Below are positions 24,397 to 38,463 of a stretch of DNA of 64,000 nucleotides, piece by piece. The stretch is taken from assembly GCF_009914755.1 (NCBI RefSeq), contig NC_060928.1. One strand, given 5' to 3'. The DNA is from the human T2T-CHM13v2.0 reference genome, Homo sapiens. Position 1 is the first letter of the stretch; each line of letters opens with the position of its first letter. Below the pieces are notes generated by a model. The model saw only the letters and a program-made list of their open reading frames with translations. It was not told the origin of the DNA and made no database searches. A program made the translations under genes and the position numbers.

Positions 24397-27300
24397 TCTC
24401 AGTGGAAGTACCGACCCACACGTAGGGGTGCACACACACACGCACACACACAGACACACACATAACTACACCCAGAAGCGCGCACGCAAACACACACACA
24501 CCCACACAAACACGAACACCGTCAATCCTACATAAACTAATGAGGAGCCCAAGTTTCTGTCTCTACAACAGGGACAACTGGATAGTGATGGCTACATCTC
24601 AGGATGAGCCCGCATATGGGAAACATCAAGTTTTGGGGTCGTGAGTCTTCCGAACCTCTGGTGGGACTGTCTGAGTGTTTGTGTTCATGATAGGTGACAT
24701 TCAGTGTGTATTTCTGAATATGACCTACCGACGTGTAGGTTTGCGTGTGAGGTAATTGCAGGGGACTCGGTTTCGTATTTTCTCTTGGGGTGTGTTTCAT
24801 TCGTCAGTTGTTGGTCGGCATGAGAAGGTGAAAGGTGGCTCATGTGGGACATCCGTGGATCATTCTCGCCACCTTGAATAGTGGAAACTGGAATGCATTT
24901 GGAAGAGAAGAACGGTGCTCTTCTTTCTTCCCCGGGCTCGCCGTTTTTACACTGGTTCCTGAATGGACCTCAGGCGCCCTGGGACTTGTGCTCTTGCTGG
25001 AACCCACATAACGCCGGAAGCGGACAGACCGACTTGCCTGTTTCACGGTGCCCGCTTCCCATGAGTCGAAACGGAAAATTTTCCCACGGGCATGTAAGTC
25101 ATCTGGAAGTAAGCTGTATTGATAATAAAGGAAAGCAAACACAGGAGTGTGTGTATTCAACTGAAATAAATTCAGAAAGCCCTGAAATCAATCTCACTGG
25201 GTGTGTTTAAAAATGGCATTTGGGGAATTTCTGGGTCATTTGTCCAGCTGCGAAAGCTGCATCTCTGAAGCACAGTCCCTGTCCCGCAGTGAGACTTATT
25301 GATCCGACGTGGTGTTTCCGTGGAAATGATTGTGGGAAATGGCCCCTTCCTTTTCTCTATTTGCTGATTAGACTTCATGGTCCCTTTCTCGTCAGGTACA
25401 GTGATCAAAGTTGACCAACCCCAGAGGAAAGCTGCCCAGGGCACAACTCAGGGCTCCGTAGAACCACAGAATCTTGGGCGCAACCCTGCTCAAGCACCCA
25501 AATGTGCATACGAACAGGGTCTCCGTGTGACGTGTGTGAAAACTACAGTGTGATGAGCATGACTGGCAGACAGCTTATCGATTGGGCTCCCCTCAAAATC
25601 GGTTATGAGCATTCAAGCACACCGATGCCCAGGTCCCGGCTGCAGGAATAAGACCCTCCAGGGTCTTGTGTGAAGCCTCGGCATCTGCATTGCTCATGCT
25701 TCTGGGGATCATTCTCCTGAAAATGGTGGCTCCTTTCTCCCTGTGGAGCATCTTTCTAAGCAGTGCTCTTTTCTTCCCCCAGGACACTTTACATCCGGCA
25801 CAGGAAGCCTTCTGATGGAGCACACCTGGCCCATGAAAAGACAAGGGAAAGAAACGGGGCCAAAGGTCACAGTCCTCTCATCCCATCATCCTCCTTAAAA
25901 TCATCCTAATTTCATGGGCCCTGAAGCCAGGGCTGTTTCTTTACACCTAGAGGCCTTGGCGCCGGGCCTCAATTCCGCCCTGTTCCTTACCGTCTAAGAC
26001 ATGTTGGGAAAATCCCTAGAGCCAGGATCTTCATTCCCGCTAAGCCAGACAGCCGGAAGACACACCCAAATTCTGTCCCTCTTACTTCAGGGAACATGTC
26101 CACTTTCGGCAGCATTACAATTTTGGCACCAAATGTGCTAACTGCAATTCCACCATACAATGCGTAACTGGAAATGGAGGCAACATCTCCGATCCTGAAC
26201 GATCGATGCGAGAATCCAGGATATGCACGGCTTATTTTGGCCTTTTCCCACTGAAACAAGGGCCAGTATTAAAAATGGCACGCTATCCTCTGTTTCACTC
26301 CCTGCTTTTAAACGTCTCCGATGTTTCTCCCTGAGACAGGGCCTCACTTCCGTCAGCCGGGCTTTTCTACGGTATAATTTTCCTTGTTTGCTTTTGTCCA
26401 AATTAGAACTTTTTATTTCATCTCTAGGAAACGTTGATCCATTATCACATACGTATGGAAATATTATCACACATGCTGTGAGATACGTTGTTTTTATTTT
26501 CATCAATTCTTTAATAAACAAAAGGTTATAGCTGGGATACCTTCTGAGTTCTCAAGTTTTTTGTTTCGTGTTTTCTTAAACTGCCGTCGCACGTCCGAAA
26601 CCGCTCACTATGCAGTGTCATGACCGTCTCTCTTTTCTGGCAAACATAAATTTGGGGATTGTCATCAATTAGTCTCTCGGGGATTGCATGATTTCCCCAA
26701 AGGCTTTCACAGTCTACTTTGTGCACTGAGTATCTCTTCAAACTTCAGTGCACGTTTCTACCATTTGATGCTTTATTATTTGGCAATCTAGCTTCCACAA
26801 GAGCATTTCATGCAAAGACTTGTCTTGTTCTCCACTGGCAGGTAATTTCACTCGGACAGATAATCAATAGGCTCAACGTGGAAAGGTTTTCGCTGGAAGG
26901 TCTGTTTGATTCCACGGATCTCTCCTTTCTCATTAGGGAAGAAAATACGCTGTGCTAAATACTATACTTCATTGACTATTCTCAGGTCAGAAAGCGCACT
27001 TTCGACTTCTTGTCCTTCCGTCGCTGAGAGGATGATGGCAGCTGCCAAAAGTACATACTTGGAAGTTCATCCCAGCACAAACACACACACACACACGCCC
27101 CCCCCAAACACACACACACAAACACACTCACACACACACACGCACACGGTTTCCTAGGTAAAAATTTCTTCCCTGCCATTGCTTTACCTAAAATAAGGCA
27201 ATTGTGAGGCCACTGTCCCAACCCGGTTACACTCCTATTATATGTGCCTATCATCCTGAGGAGTAATTTGATTGAGGTGTTCTGGAAGTCATGCTGTGGG

Positions 27301-27552
27301 CTGTGTCTGTTGAATTCCCAGCGATGCCAGGGGACACACCCTGTGACTCCTTCCTGAATTGAGTGCTGATATTTGATTGGCTTATCGCGCACCTGATGAG
27401 TGGGTGGGGTGTTCGCGGTTGGTGGGGGTGACTTACAGAAGGGCTGATGCGGCCAGAGAGCTCGTCATTTGAAGACTCTCTCGGAAGGGATAGCGTCTTT
27501 CTGCAACCTGCGGTCCCAGCAGACAAACCTTGTGATCCTTGTTCCAGTCGAC

Positions 27553-29145
27553 ATGGAGGACGACTCACTCTACTTGGGAGGTGAGTGGCAGTTCAACCAC
27601 TTTTCAAAACTCACATCTTCTCGGCCAGATGCAGCTTTTGCTGAAATCCAGCGGACTTCTCTCCCTGAGAAGTCACCACTCTCATGTGAGACCCGTGTCG
27701 ACCTCTGTGATGATTTGGCTCCTGTGGCAAGACAGCTTGCTCCCAGGGAGAAGCTTCCTCTGAGTAGCAGGAGACCTGCTGCGGTGGGGGCTGGGCTCCA
27801 GAATATGGGAAATACCTGCTACGTGAACGCTTCCTTGCAGTGCCTGACATACACACCGCCCCTTGCCAACTACATGCTGTCCCGGGAGCACTCTCAAACG
27901 TGTCATCGTCACAAGGGCTGCATGCTCTGTACTATGCAAGCTCACATCACACGGGCCCTCCACAATCCTGGCCACGTCATCCAGCCCTCACAGGCTTTGG
28001 CTGCTGGCTTCCATAGAGGCAAGCAGGAAGATGCCCATGAATTTCTCATGTTCACTGTGGATGCCATGAAAAAGGCATGCCTTCCCGGGCACAAGCAGGC
28101 GGATCATCACTCTAAGGACACCACCCTCATCCACCAAATATTTGGAGGCTACTGGAGATCTCAAATCAAGTGTCTCCACTGCCACGGCATTTCAGACACT
28201 TTTGACCCTTACCTGGACATCGCCCTGGATATCCAGGCAGCTCAGAGTGTCCAGCAAGCTTTGGAACAGTTGGTGAAGCCCGAAGAACTCAATGGAGAGA
28301 ATGCCTATCATTGTGGTGTTTGTCTCCAGAGGGCGCCGGCCTCCAAGACGTTAACTTTACACACTTCTGCCAAGGTCCTCATCCTTGTATTGAAGAGATT
28401 CTCCGATGTCACAGGCAACAAGATTGCCAAGAATGTGCAATATCCTGAGTGCCTTGACATGCAGCCATACATGTCTCAGCAGAACACAGGACCTCTTGTC
28501 TATGTCCTCTATGCTGTGCTGGTCCACGCTGGGTGGAGTTGTCACAACGGACATTACTTCTCTTATGTCAAAGCTCAAGAAGGCCAGTGGTATAAAATGG
28601 ATGATGCCGAGGTCACCGCCTCTAGCATCACTTCTGTCCTGAGTCAACAGGCCTACGTCCTCTTTTACATCCAGAAGAGTGAATGGGAAAGACACAGTGA
28701 GAGTGTGTCAAGAGGCAGGGAACCAAGAGCCCTTGGCGCAGAAGACACAGACAGGCGAGCAACGCAAGGAGAGCTCAAGAGAGACTACCCCTGCCTCCAG
28801 GCCCCCGAGTTGGACGAGCACTTGGTGGAAAGAGCCACTCAGGAAAGCACCTTAGACCACTGGAAATTCCTTCAAGAGCAAAACAAAACGAAGCCTGAGT
28901 TCAACGTCAGAAAAGTCGAAGGTACCCTGCCTCCCGACGTACTTGTGATTCATCAATCAAAATACAAGTGTGGGATGAAGAACCATCATCCTGAACAGCA
29001 AAGCTCCCTGCTAAACCTCTCTTCGACGACCCCGACACATCAGGAGTCCATGAACACTGGCACACTCGCTTCCCTGCGAGGGAGGGCCAGGAGATCCAAA
29101 GGGAAGAACAAACACAGCAAGAGGGCTCTGCTTGTGTGCCAGTGA
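27553..29145 (+). CDS. USP17L: USP17-like deubiquitinase, 530 aa, intact (same protein as the previous two units)
   Basis: Full ORF with intact catalytic triad motifs. Confidence 0.95.
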   Translation: MEDDSLYLGGEWQFNHFSKLTSSRPDAAFAEIQRTSLPEKSPLSCETRVDLCDDLAPVARQLAPREKLPLSSRRPAAVGAGLQNMGNTCYVNASLQCLTYTPPLANYMLSREHSQTCHRHKGCMLCTMQAHITRALHNPGHVIQPSQALAAGFHRGKQEDAHEFLMFTVDAMKKACLPGHKQADHHSKDTTLIHQIFGGYWRSQIKCLHCHGISDTFDPYLDIALDIQAAQSVQQALEQLVKPEELNGENAYHCGVCLQRAPASKTLTLHTSAKVLILVLKRFSDVTGNKIAKNVQYPECLDMQPYMSQQNTGPLVYVLYAVLVHAGWSCHNGHYFSYVKAQEGQWYKMDDAEVTASSITSVLSQQAYVLFYIQKSEWERHSESVSRGREPRALGAEDTDRRATQGELKRDYPCLQAPELDEHLVERATQESTLDHWKFLQEQNKTKPEFNVRKVEGTLPPDVLVIHQSKYKCGMKNHHPEQQSSLLNLSSTTPTHQESMNTGTLASLRGRARRSKGKNKHSKRALLVCQ

Positions 29146-32100
29146 TCTCAGTGGAAGTACCGACCCACACGTAGGGGTGCACACACACACGCACACACAC
29201 AGACACACACATAACTACACCCAGAAGCGCGCACGCAAACACACACACACCCACACAAACACGAACACCGTCAATCCTACATAAACTAATGAGGAGCCCA
29301 AGTTTCTGTCTCTACAACAGGGACAACTGGATAGTGATGGCTACATCTCAGGATGAGCCCGCATATGGGAAACATCAAGTTTTGGGGTCGTGAGTCTTCC
29401 GAACCTCTGGTGGGACTGTCTGAGTGTTTGTGTTCATGATAGGTGACATTCAGTGTGTATTTCTGAATATGACCTACCGACGTGTAGGTTTGCGTGTGAG
29501 GTAATTGCAGGGGACTCGGTTTCGTATTTTCTCTTGGGGTGTGTTTCATTCGTCAGTTGTTGGTCGGCATGAGAAGGTGAAAGGTGGCTCATGTGGGACA
29601 TCCGTGGATCATTCTCGCCACCTTGAATAGTGGAAACTGGAATGCATTTGGAAGAGAAGAACGGTGCTCTTCTTTCTTCCCCGGGCTCGCCGTTTTTACA
29701 CTGGTTCCTGAATGGACCTCAGGCGCCCTGGGACTTGTGCTCTTGCTGGAACCCACATAACGCCGGAAGCGGACAGACCGACTTGCCTGTTTCACGGTGC
29801 CCGCTTCCCATGAGTCGAAACGGAAAATTTTCCCACGGGCATGTAAGTCATCTGGAAGTAAGCTGTATTGATAATAAAGGAAAGCAAACACAGGAGTGTG
29901 TGTATTCAACTGAAATAAATTCAGAAAGCCCTGAAATCAATCTCACTGGGTGTGTTTAAAAATGGCATTTGGGGAATTTCTGGGTCATTTGTCCAGCTGC
30001 GAAAGCTGCATCTCTGAAGCACAGTCCCTGTCCCGCAGTGAGACTTATTGATCCGACGTGGTGTTTCCGTGGAAATGATTGTGGGAAATGGCCCCTTCCT
30101 TTTCTCTATTTGCTGATTAGACTTCATGGTCCCTTTCTCGTCAGGTACAGTGATCAAAGTTGACCAACCCCAGAGGAAAGCTGCCCAGGGCACAACTCAG
30201 GGCTCCGTAGAACCACAGAATCTTGGGCGCAACCCTGCTCAAGCACCCAAATGTGCATACGAACAGGGTCTCCGTGTGACGTGTGTGAAAACTACAGTGT
30301 GATGAGCATGACTGGCAGACAGCTTATCGATTGGGCTCCCCTCAAAATCGGTTATGAGCATTCAAGCACACCGATGCCCAGGTCCCGGCTGCAGGAATAA
30401 GACCCTCCAGGGTCTTGTGTGAAGCCTCGGCATCTGCATTGCTCATGCTTCTGGGGATCATTCTCCTGAAAATGGTGGCTCCTTTCTCCCTGTGGAGCAT
30501 CTTTCTAAGCAGTGCTCTTTTCTTCCCCCAGGACACTTTACATCCGGCACAGGAAGCCTTCTGATGGAGCACACCTGGCCCATGAAAAGACAAGGGAAAG
30601 AAACGGGGCCAAAGGTCACAGTCCTCTCATCCCATCATCCTCCTTAAAATCATCCTAATTTCATGGGCCCTGAAGCCAGGGCTGTTTCTTTACACCTAGA
30701 GGCCTTGGCGCCGGGCCTCAATTCCGCCCTGTTCCTTACCGTCTAAGACATGTTGGGAAAATCCCTAGAGCCAGGATCTTCATTCCCGCTAAGCCAGACA
30801 GCCGGAAGACACACCCAAATTCTGTCCCTCTTACTTCAGGGAACATGTCCACTTTCGGCAGCATTACAATTTTGGCACCAAATGTGCTAACTGCAATTCC
30901 ACCATACAATGCGTAACTGGAAATGGAGGCAACATCTCCGATCCTGAACGATCGATGCGAGAATCCAGGATATGCACGGCTTATTTTGGCCTTTTCCCAC
31001 TGAAACAAGGGCCAGTATTAAAAATGGCACGCTATCCTCTGTTTCACTCCCTGCTTTTAAACGTCTCCGATGTTTCTCCCTGAGACAGGACCTCACTTCC
31101 GTCAGCCGGGCTTTTCTACGCTATAATTTTCCTTGTTTGCTTTTGTCCAAATTAGAACTTTTTATTTCATCTCTAGGAAACGTTGATCCATTATCACATA
31201 CGTATGGAAATATTATCACACATGCTGTGAGATACGTTGTTTTTATTTTCATCAATTGTTTAATAAACAAAAGGTTATAGCTGGGATACCTTCTGAGTTC
31301 TCAAGTTTTTTGTTTCGTGTTTTCTTAAACTGCCGTCGCACGTCCGAAACCGCTCACTATGCAGTGTCATGACCGTCTCTCTTTTCTGGCAAACATAAAT
31401 TTGGGGATTGTCATCAATTAGTCTCTCGGGGATTGCATGATTTCCCCAAAGGCTTTCACAGTCTACTTTGTGCACTGAGTATCTCTTCAAACTTCAGTGC
31501 ATGTTTCTACCATTTGATGCTTTCTTATTTGGCAATCTAGCTTCCACAAGAGCATTTCATGCAAAGACTTGTCTTGTTCTCCACTGGCAGGTAATTTCAC
31601 TCGGATAGAGAATCAATAGGCTCAACGTGGAAAGGTTATCGCTGGAAGGTCTGTTTGATTCCACGGATCTCTCCTTTCTCATTAGGGAAGAAAATACGCT
31701 GTGCTAAATACTATACTTCATTGACTATCCTCAGGTCAGAAAGCGCACTTTCGACTTCTTGTCTTTCCGTCGCTGAGAGGATGATGGCAGCTGCCAAAAG
31801 TACATACTTGGAAGTTCATCCCAGCAAAAACACACACACACACGCGCCCCCCCCCACACACACACACGAACACAATCACACACACACACACTCACACGGT
31901 TTCCTACGTAAAGATTTCTTCCCTGCCATTGCTTTACCTAAAATAAGGCAACTGTGTGGCCACTGTCCCAACCCGGTTACACTCCTATTATATGTGCCTA
32001 TCATCCTGAGGAGTAATTTGATTCAGGTGTTCTGGAAGTCATGCTGTGGGCTGTGTCTGTTGAATTCCCAGCGATGCAAGGGGACACACCCTGTGACTCC

Positions 32101-32302
32101 TTCCTGAATTGAGTGCTGATATTTGATTGGCTTATCGCGCACCTGATGAGTGGGTGGGGTGTTCGCGGTTGGTGGGGGTGACTTACAGAAGGGCTGATGC
32201 GGCCAGAGAGCTCGTCATTTGAAGACTCTCTCGGAAGGGATAGCGTCTTTCTGCAACCTGCGGTCCCAGCAGAAAAACCTTGTGATCCTTGTTCCAGTCG
32301 AC

Positions 32303-33895
32303 ATGGAGGACGACTCACTCTACTTGGGAGGTGAGTGGCAGTTCAACCACTTTTCAAAACTCACATCTTCTCGGCCCGATGCAGCTTTTGCTGAAATCCA
32401 GCGGACTTCTCTCCCTGAGAAGTCACCACTCTCATGTGAGACCCGTGTCGACCTCTGTGATGATTTGGCTCCTGTGGCAAGACAGCTTGCTCCCAGGGAG
32501 AAGCTTCCTCTGAGTAGCAGGAGACCTGCTGCGGTGGGGGCTGGGCTCCAGAATATGGGAAATACCTGCTACGTGAACGCTTCCTTACAGTGCCTGACAT
32601 ACACACCGCCCCTTGCCAACTACATGCTGTCCCGGGAGCACTCTCAAACGTGTCATCGTCACAAGGGCTGCATGCTCTGTACGATGCAAGCTCACATCAC
32701 ACGGGCCCTCCACAATCCTGGCCACGTCATCCAGCCCTCACAGGCATTGGCTGCTGGCTTCCATAGAGGCAAGCAGGAAGATGCCCATGAATTTCTCATG
32801 TTCACTGTGGATGCCATGAAAAAGGCATGCCTTCCCGGGCACAAGCAGGTGGATCATCACTCTAAGGACACCACCCTCATCCACCAAATATTTGGAGGCT
32901 ACTGGAGATCTCAAATCAAGTGTCTCCACTGCCACGGCATTTCAGACACTTTTGACCCTTACCTGGACATCGCCCTGGATATCCAGGCAGCTCAGAGTGT
33001 CCAGCAAGCTTTGGAACAGTTGGTGAAGCCCGAAGAACTCAATGGAGAGAATGCCTATCATTGTGGTGTTTGTCTCCAGAGGGCGCCGGCCTCCAAGACG
33101 TTAACTTTACACACCTCTGCCAAGGTCCTCATCCTTGTATTGAAGAGATTCTCCGATGTCACAGGCAACAAGATTGCCAAGAATGTGCAATATCCTGAGT
33201 GCCTTGACATGCAGCCATACATGTCTCAGCCGAACACAGGACCTCTCGTCTATGTCCTCTATGCTGTGCTGGTCCACGCTGGGTGGAGTTGTCACAACGG
33301 ACATTACTTCTCTTATGTCAAAGCTCAAGAAGGCCAGTGGTATAAAATGGATGATGCCGAGGTCACCGCCTCTAGCATCATTTCTGTCCTGAGTCAACAG
33401 GCCTACGTCCTCTTTTACATCCAGAAGAGTGAATGGGAAAGACACAGTGAGAGTGTGTCAAGAGGCAGGGAACCAAGTGCCCTTGGCGCAGAAGACACAG
33501 ACAGGCGAGCAACGCAAGGAGAGCTCAAGAGAGACCACCCCTGCCTCCAGGCCCCCGAGTTGGACGAGCACTTGGTGGAAAGAGCCACTCAGGAAAGCAC
33601 CTTAGACCACTGGAAATTCCTTCAAGAGCAAAACAAAACGAAGCCTGAGTTCAACGTCAGAAAAGTCGAAGGTACCCTGCCTCCCGACGTACTTGTGATT
33701 CATCAATCAAAATACAAGTGTGGGATGAAGAACCATCATCCTGAACAGCAAAGCTCCCTGCTAAACCTCTCTTCGACGACCCCGACACATCAGGAGTCCA
33801 TGAACACTGGCACACTCGCTTCCCTGCGAGGGAGGGCCAGGAGATCCAAAGGGAAGAACAAACACAGCAAGAGGGCTCTGCTTGTGTGCCAGTGA
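32303..33895 (+). CDS. USP17L: USP17-like deubiquitinase, 530 aa, intact (V183, P310, I360, S392)
   Basis: Full ORF with intact catalytic triad motifs. Confidence 0.95.
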   Translation: MEDDSLYLGGEWQFNHFSKLTSSRPDAAFAEIQRTSLPEKSPLSCETRVDLCDDLAPVARQLAPREKLPLSSRRPAAVGAGLQNMGNTCYVNASLQCLTYTPPLANYMLSREHSQTCHRHKGCMLCTMQAHITRALHNPGHVIQPSQALAAGFHRGKQEDAHEFLMFTVDAMKKACLPGHKQVDHHSKDTTLIHQIFGGYWRSQIKCLHCHGISDTFDPYLDIALDIQAAQSVQQALEQLVKPEELNGENAYHCGVCLQRAPASKTLTLHTSAKVLILVLKRFSDVTGNKIAKNVQYPECLDMQPYMSQPNTGPLVYVLYAVLVHAGWSCHNGHYFSYVKAQEGQWYKMDDAEVTASSIISVLSQQAYVLFYIQKSEWERHSESVSRGREPSALGAEDTDRRATQGELKRDHPCLQAPELDEHLVERATQESTLDHWKFLQEQNKTKPEFNVRKVEGTLPPDVLVIHQSKYKCGMKNHHPEQQSSLLNLSSTTPTHQESMNTGTLASLRGRARRSKGKNKHSKRALLVCQ

Positions 33896-36800
33896 TCTCA
33901 GTGGAAGTACCGACCCACACGTAGGGGTGCACACACACACGCACACACACAGACACACACATAACTACACCCACAAGCGCGCACGCAAACACACACACAC
34001 CCACACAAACACGAACACCGTCAATCCTACATAAACTAATGAGGAGCCCAAGTTTCTGTCTCTACAACAGGGACAACTGGATAGTGATGGCTACATCTCA
34101 GGATGAGCCCGCATATGGGAAACATCAAGTTTTGGGGTCGTGAGTCTTCCGAACCTCTGGAGGGACTGTCTGAGTGTTTGTGTTCATGATAGGTGACATT
34201 CAGTGTGTATTTCTGAATATGACCTACCGACGTGTAGGTTTGCGTGTGAGGTAATTGCAGGGGACTCGGTTTCGTATTTTCTCTTGGGGTGTGTTTCATT
34301 CGTCAGTTGTTGGTCGGCATGAGAAGGTGAAAGGTGGCTCATGTGGGACATCCGTGGATCATTCTCGCCACCTTGAATAGTGGAAACTGGAATGCATTTG
34401 GAAGAGAAGAACGGTGCTCTTCTTTCTTCCCCGGGCTCGCCGTTTTTACACTGGTTCCTGAATGGACCTCAGGCGCCCTGGGACTTGTGCTCTTGCTGGA
34501 ACCCACATAACGCCGGAAGCGGACAGACCGACTTGCCTGTTTCACGGTGCCCGCTTCCCATGAGTCGAAACGGAAAATTTTCCCACGGGCATGTAAGTCA
34601 TCTGGAAGTAAGCTGTATTGATAATAAAGGAAAGCAAACACAGGAGTGTGTGTATTCAACTGAAATAAATTCAGAAAGCCCTGAAATCAATCTCACTGGG
34701 TGTGTTTAAAAATGGCATTTGGGGAATTTCTGGGTCATTTGTCCAGCTGCGAAAGCTGCATCTCTGAAGCACAGTCCCTGTCCCGCAGTGAGACTTATTT
34801 ATCCGACGTGGTGTTTCCGTGGAAATGATTGTGGGAAATGGCCCCTTCCTTTTCTCTATTTGCTGATTAGACTTCATGGTCCCTTTCTCGTCAGGTACAG
34901 TGATCAAAGTTGACCAACCCCAGAGGAAAGCTGCCCAGGGCACAACTCAGGGCTCCGTAGAACCACAGAATCTTGGGCGCAACCCTGCTCAAGCACCCAA
35001 ATGTGCATACGAACAGGGTCTCCGTGTGACGTGTGTGAAAACTACAGTGTGATGAGCATGACTGGCAGACAGCTTATCGATTGGGCTCCCCTCAAAATCG
35101 GTTATGAGCATTCAAGCACACCGATGCCCAGGTCCCGGCTGCAGGAATAAGACCCTCCAGGGTCTTGTGTGAAGCCTCGGCATCTGCATTGCTCATGCTT
35201 CTGGGGATCATTCTCCTGAAAATGGTGGCTCCTTTCTCCCTGTGGAGCATCTTTCTAAGCAGTGCTCTTTTCTTCCCCCAGGACACTTTACATCCGGCAC
35301 AGGAAGCCTTCTGATGGAGCACACCTGGCCCATGAAAAGACAAGGGAAAGAAACGGGGCCAAAGGTCACAGTCCTCTCATCCCATCATCCTCCTTAAAAT
35401 CATCCTAATTTCATGGGCCCTGAAGCCAGGGCTGTTTCTTTACACCTAGAGGCCTTGGCGCCGGGCCTCAATTCCGCCCTGTTCCTTACCGTCTAAGACA
35501 TGTTGGGAAAATCCCTAGAGCCAGGATCTTCATTCCCGCTAAGCCAGACAGCCGGAAGACACACCCAAATTCTGTCCCTCTTACTTCAGGGAACATGTCC
35601 ACTTTCGGCAGCATTACAATTTTGGCACCAAATGTGCTAACTGCAATTCCACCATACAATGCGTAACTGGAAATGGAGGCAACATCTCCGATCCTGAACG
35701 ATCGATGCGAGAATCCAGGATATGCACGGCTTATTTTGGCCTTTTCCCACTGAAACAAGGGCCAGTATTAAAAATGGCACGCTATCCTCTGTTTCACTCC
35801 CTGCTTTTAAACGTCTCCGATGTTTCTCCCTGAGACAGGACCTCACTTCCGTCAGCCGGGCTTTTCTACGCTATAATTTTCCTTGTTTGCTTTTGTCCAA
35901 ATTAGAACTTTTTATTTCATCTCTAGGAAACGTTGATCCATTATCACATACGTATGGAAATATTATCACACATGCTGTGAGATACGTTGTTTTTATTTTC
36001 ATCAATTGTTTAATAAACAAAAGGTTATAGCTGGGATACCTTCTGAGTTCTCAAGTTTTTTGTTTCGTGTTTTCTTAAACTGCCGTCGCACGTCCGAAAC
36101 CGCTCACTATGCAGTGTCATGACCGTCTCTCTTTTCTGGCAAACATAAATTTGGGGATTGTCATCAATTAGTCTCTCGGGGATTGCATGATTTCCCCAAA
36201 GGCTTTCACAGTCTACTTTGTGCACTGAGTATCTCTTCAAACTTCAGTGCATGTTTCTACCATTTGATGCTTTCTTATTTGGCAATCTAGCTTCCACAAG
36301 AGCATTTCATGCAAAGACTTGTCTTGTTCTCCACTGGCAGGTAATTTCACTCGGATAGAGAATCAATAGGCTCAACGTGGAAAGGTTATCGCTGGAAGGT
36401 CTGTTTGATTCCACGGATCTCTCCTTTCTCATTAGGGAAGAAAATACGCTGTGCTAAATACTATACTTCATTGACTATCCTCAGGTCAGAAAGCGCACTT
36501 TCGACTTCTTGTCTTTCCGTCGCTGAGAGGATGATGGCAGCTGCCAAAAGTACATACTTGGAAGTTCATCCCAGCAAAAACACACACACACACGCGCCCC
36601 CCCCCCACACACACACACGAACACAATCACACACACACACACTCACACGGTTTCCTACGTAAAGATTTCTTCCCTGCCATTGCTTTACCTAAAATAAGGC
36701 AACTGTGTGGCCACTGTCCCAACCCGGTTACACTCCTATTATATGTGCCTATCATCCTGAGGAGTAATTTGATTCAGGTGTTCTGGAAGTCATGCTGTGG

Positions 36801-37053
36801 GCTGTGTCTGTTGAATTCCCAGCGATGCAAGGGGACACACCCTGTGACTCCTTCCTGAATTGAGTGCTGATATTTCATTGGCTTATCGCGCACCTGATGA
36901 GTGGGTGGGGTGTTCGCGGTTGGTGGGGGTGACTTACAGAAGGGCTGATGCGGCCAGAGAGCTCGTCATTTGAAGACTCTCTCGGAAGGGATAGCGTCTT
37001 TCTGCAACCTGCGGTCCCAGCAGAAAAACCTTGTGATCCTTGTTCCAGTCGAC

Positions 37054-38463
37054 ATGGAGGACGACTCACTCTACTTGGGAGGTGAGTGGCAGTTCAACCA
37101 CTTTTCAAAACTCACATCTTCTCGGCCCGATGCAGCTTTTGCTGAAATCCAGCGGACTTCTCTCCCTGAGAAGTCACCACTCTCATGTGAGACCCGTGTC
37201 GACCTCTGTGATGATTTGGCTCCTGTGGCAAGACAGCTTGCTCCCAGGGAGAAGCTTCCTCTGAGTAGCAGGAGACCTGCTGCGGTGGGGGCTGGGCTCC
37301 AGAATATGGGAAATACCTGCTACGTGAACGCTTCCTTACAGTGCCTGACATACACACCGCCCCTTGCCAACTACATGCTGTCCCGGGAGCACTCTCAAAC
37401 GTGTCATCGTCACAAGGGCTGCATGCTCTGTACGATGCAAGCTCACATCACACGGGCCCTCCACAATCCTGGCCACGTCATCCAGCCCTCACAGGCATTG
37501 GCTGCTGGCTTCCATAGAGGCAAGCAGGAAGATGCCCATGAATTTCTCATGTTCACTGTGGATGCCATGAAAAAGGCATGCCTTCCCGGGCACAAGCAGG
37601 TGGATCATCACTCTAAGGACACCACCCTCATCCACCAAATATTTGGAGGCTACTGGAGATCTCAAATCAAGTGTCTCCACTGCCACGGCATTTCAGACAC
37701 TTTTGACCCTTACCTGGACATCGCCCTGGATATCCAGGCAGCTCAGAGTGTCCAGCAAGCTTTGGAACAGTTGGTGAAGCCCGAAGAACTCAATGGAGAG
37801 AATGCCTATCATTGTGGTGTTTGTCTCCAGAGGGCGCCGGCCTCCAAGACGTTAACTTTACACACCTCTGCCAAGGTCCTCATCCTTGTATTGAAGAGAT
37901 TCTCCGATGTCACAGGCAACAAGATTGCCAAGAATGTGCAATATCCTGAGTGCCTTGACATGCAGCCATACATGTCTCAGCCGAACACAGGACCTCTCGT
38001 CTATGTCCTCTATGCTGTGCTGGTCCACGCTGGGTGGAGTTGTCACAACGGACATTACTTCTCTTATGTCAAAGCTCAAGAAGGCCAGTGGTATAAAATG
38101 GATGATGCCGAGGTCACCGCCTCTAGCATCACTTCTGTCTTGAGTCAACAGGCCTACGTCCTCTTTTACATCCAGAAGAGTGAATGGGAAAGACACAGTG
38201 AGAGTGTGTCAAGAGGCAGGGAACCAAGAGCCCTTGGCGCAGAAGACACAGACAGGCGAGCAACGCAAGGAGAGCTCAAGAGAGACCACCCCTGCCTCCA
38301 GGCCCCCGAGTTGGACGAGCACTTGGTGGAAAGAGCCACTCAGGAAAGCACCTTAGACCACTGGAAATTCCTTCAAGAGCAAAACAAAACGAAGCCTGAG
38401 TTCAACGTCAGAAAAGTCGAAGGTACCCTGCCTCCCGACGTACTTGTGATTCATCAATCATAA
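37054..38463 (+). CDS. USP17L: USP17-like copy with premature stop K470* (469 aa, catalytic domain intact)
   Basis: AAA>TAA at 38461. The remnant of the normal ORF continues to 38646. Confidence 0.88.
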
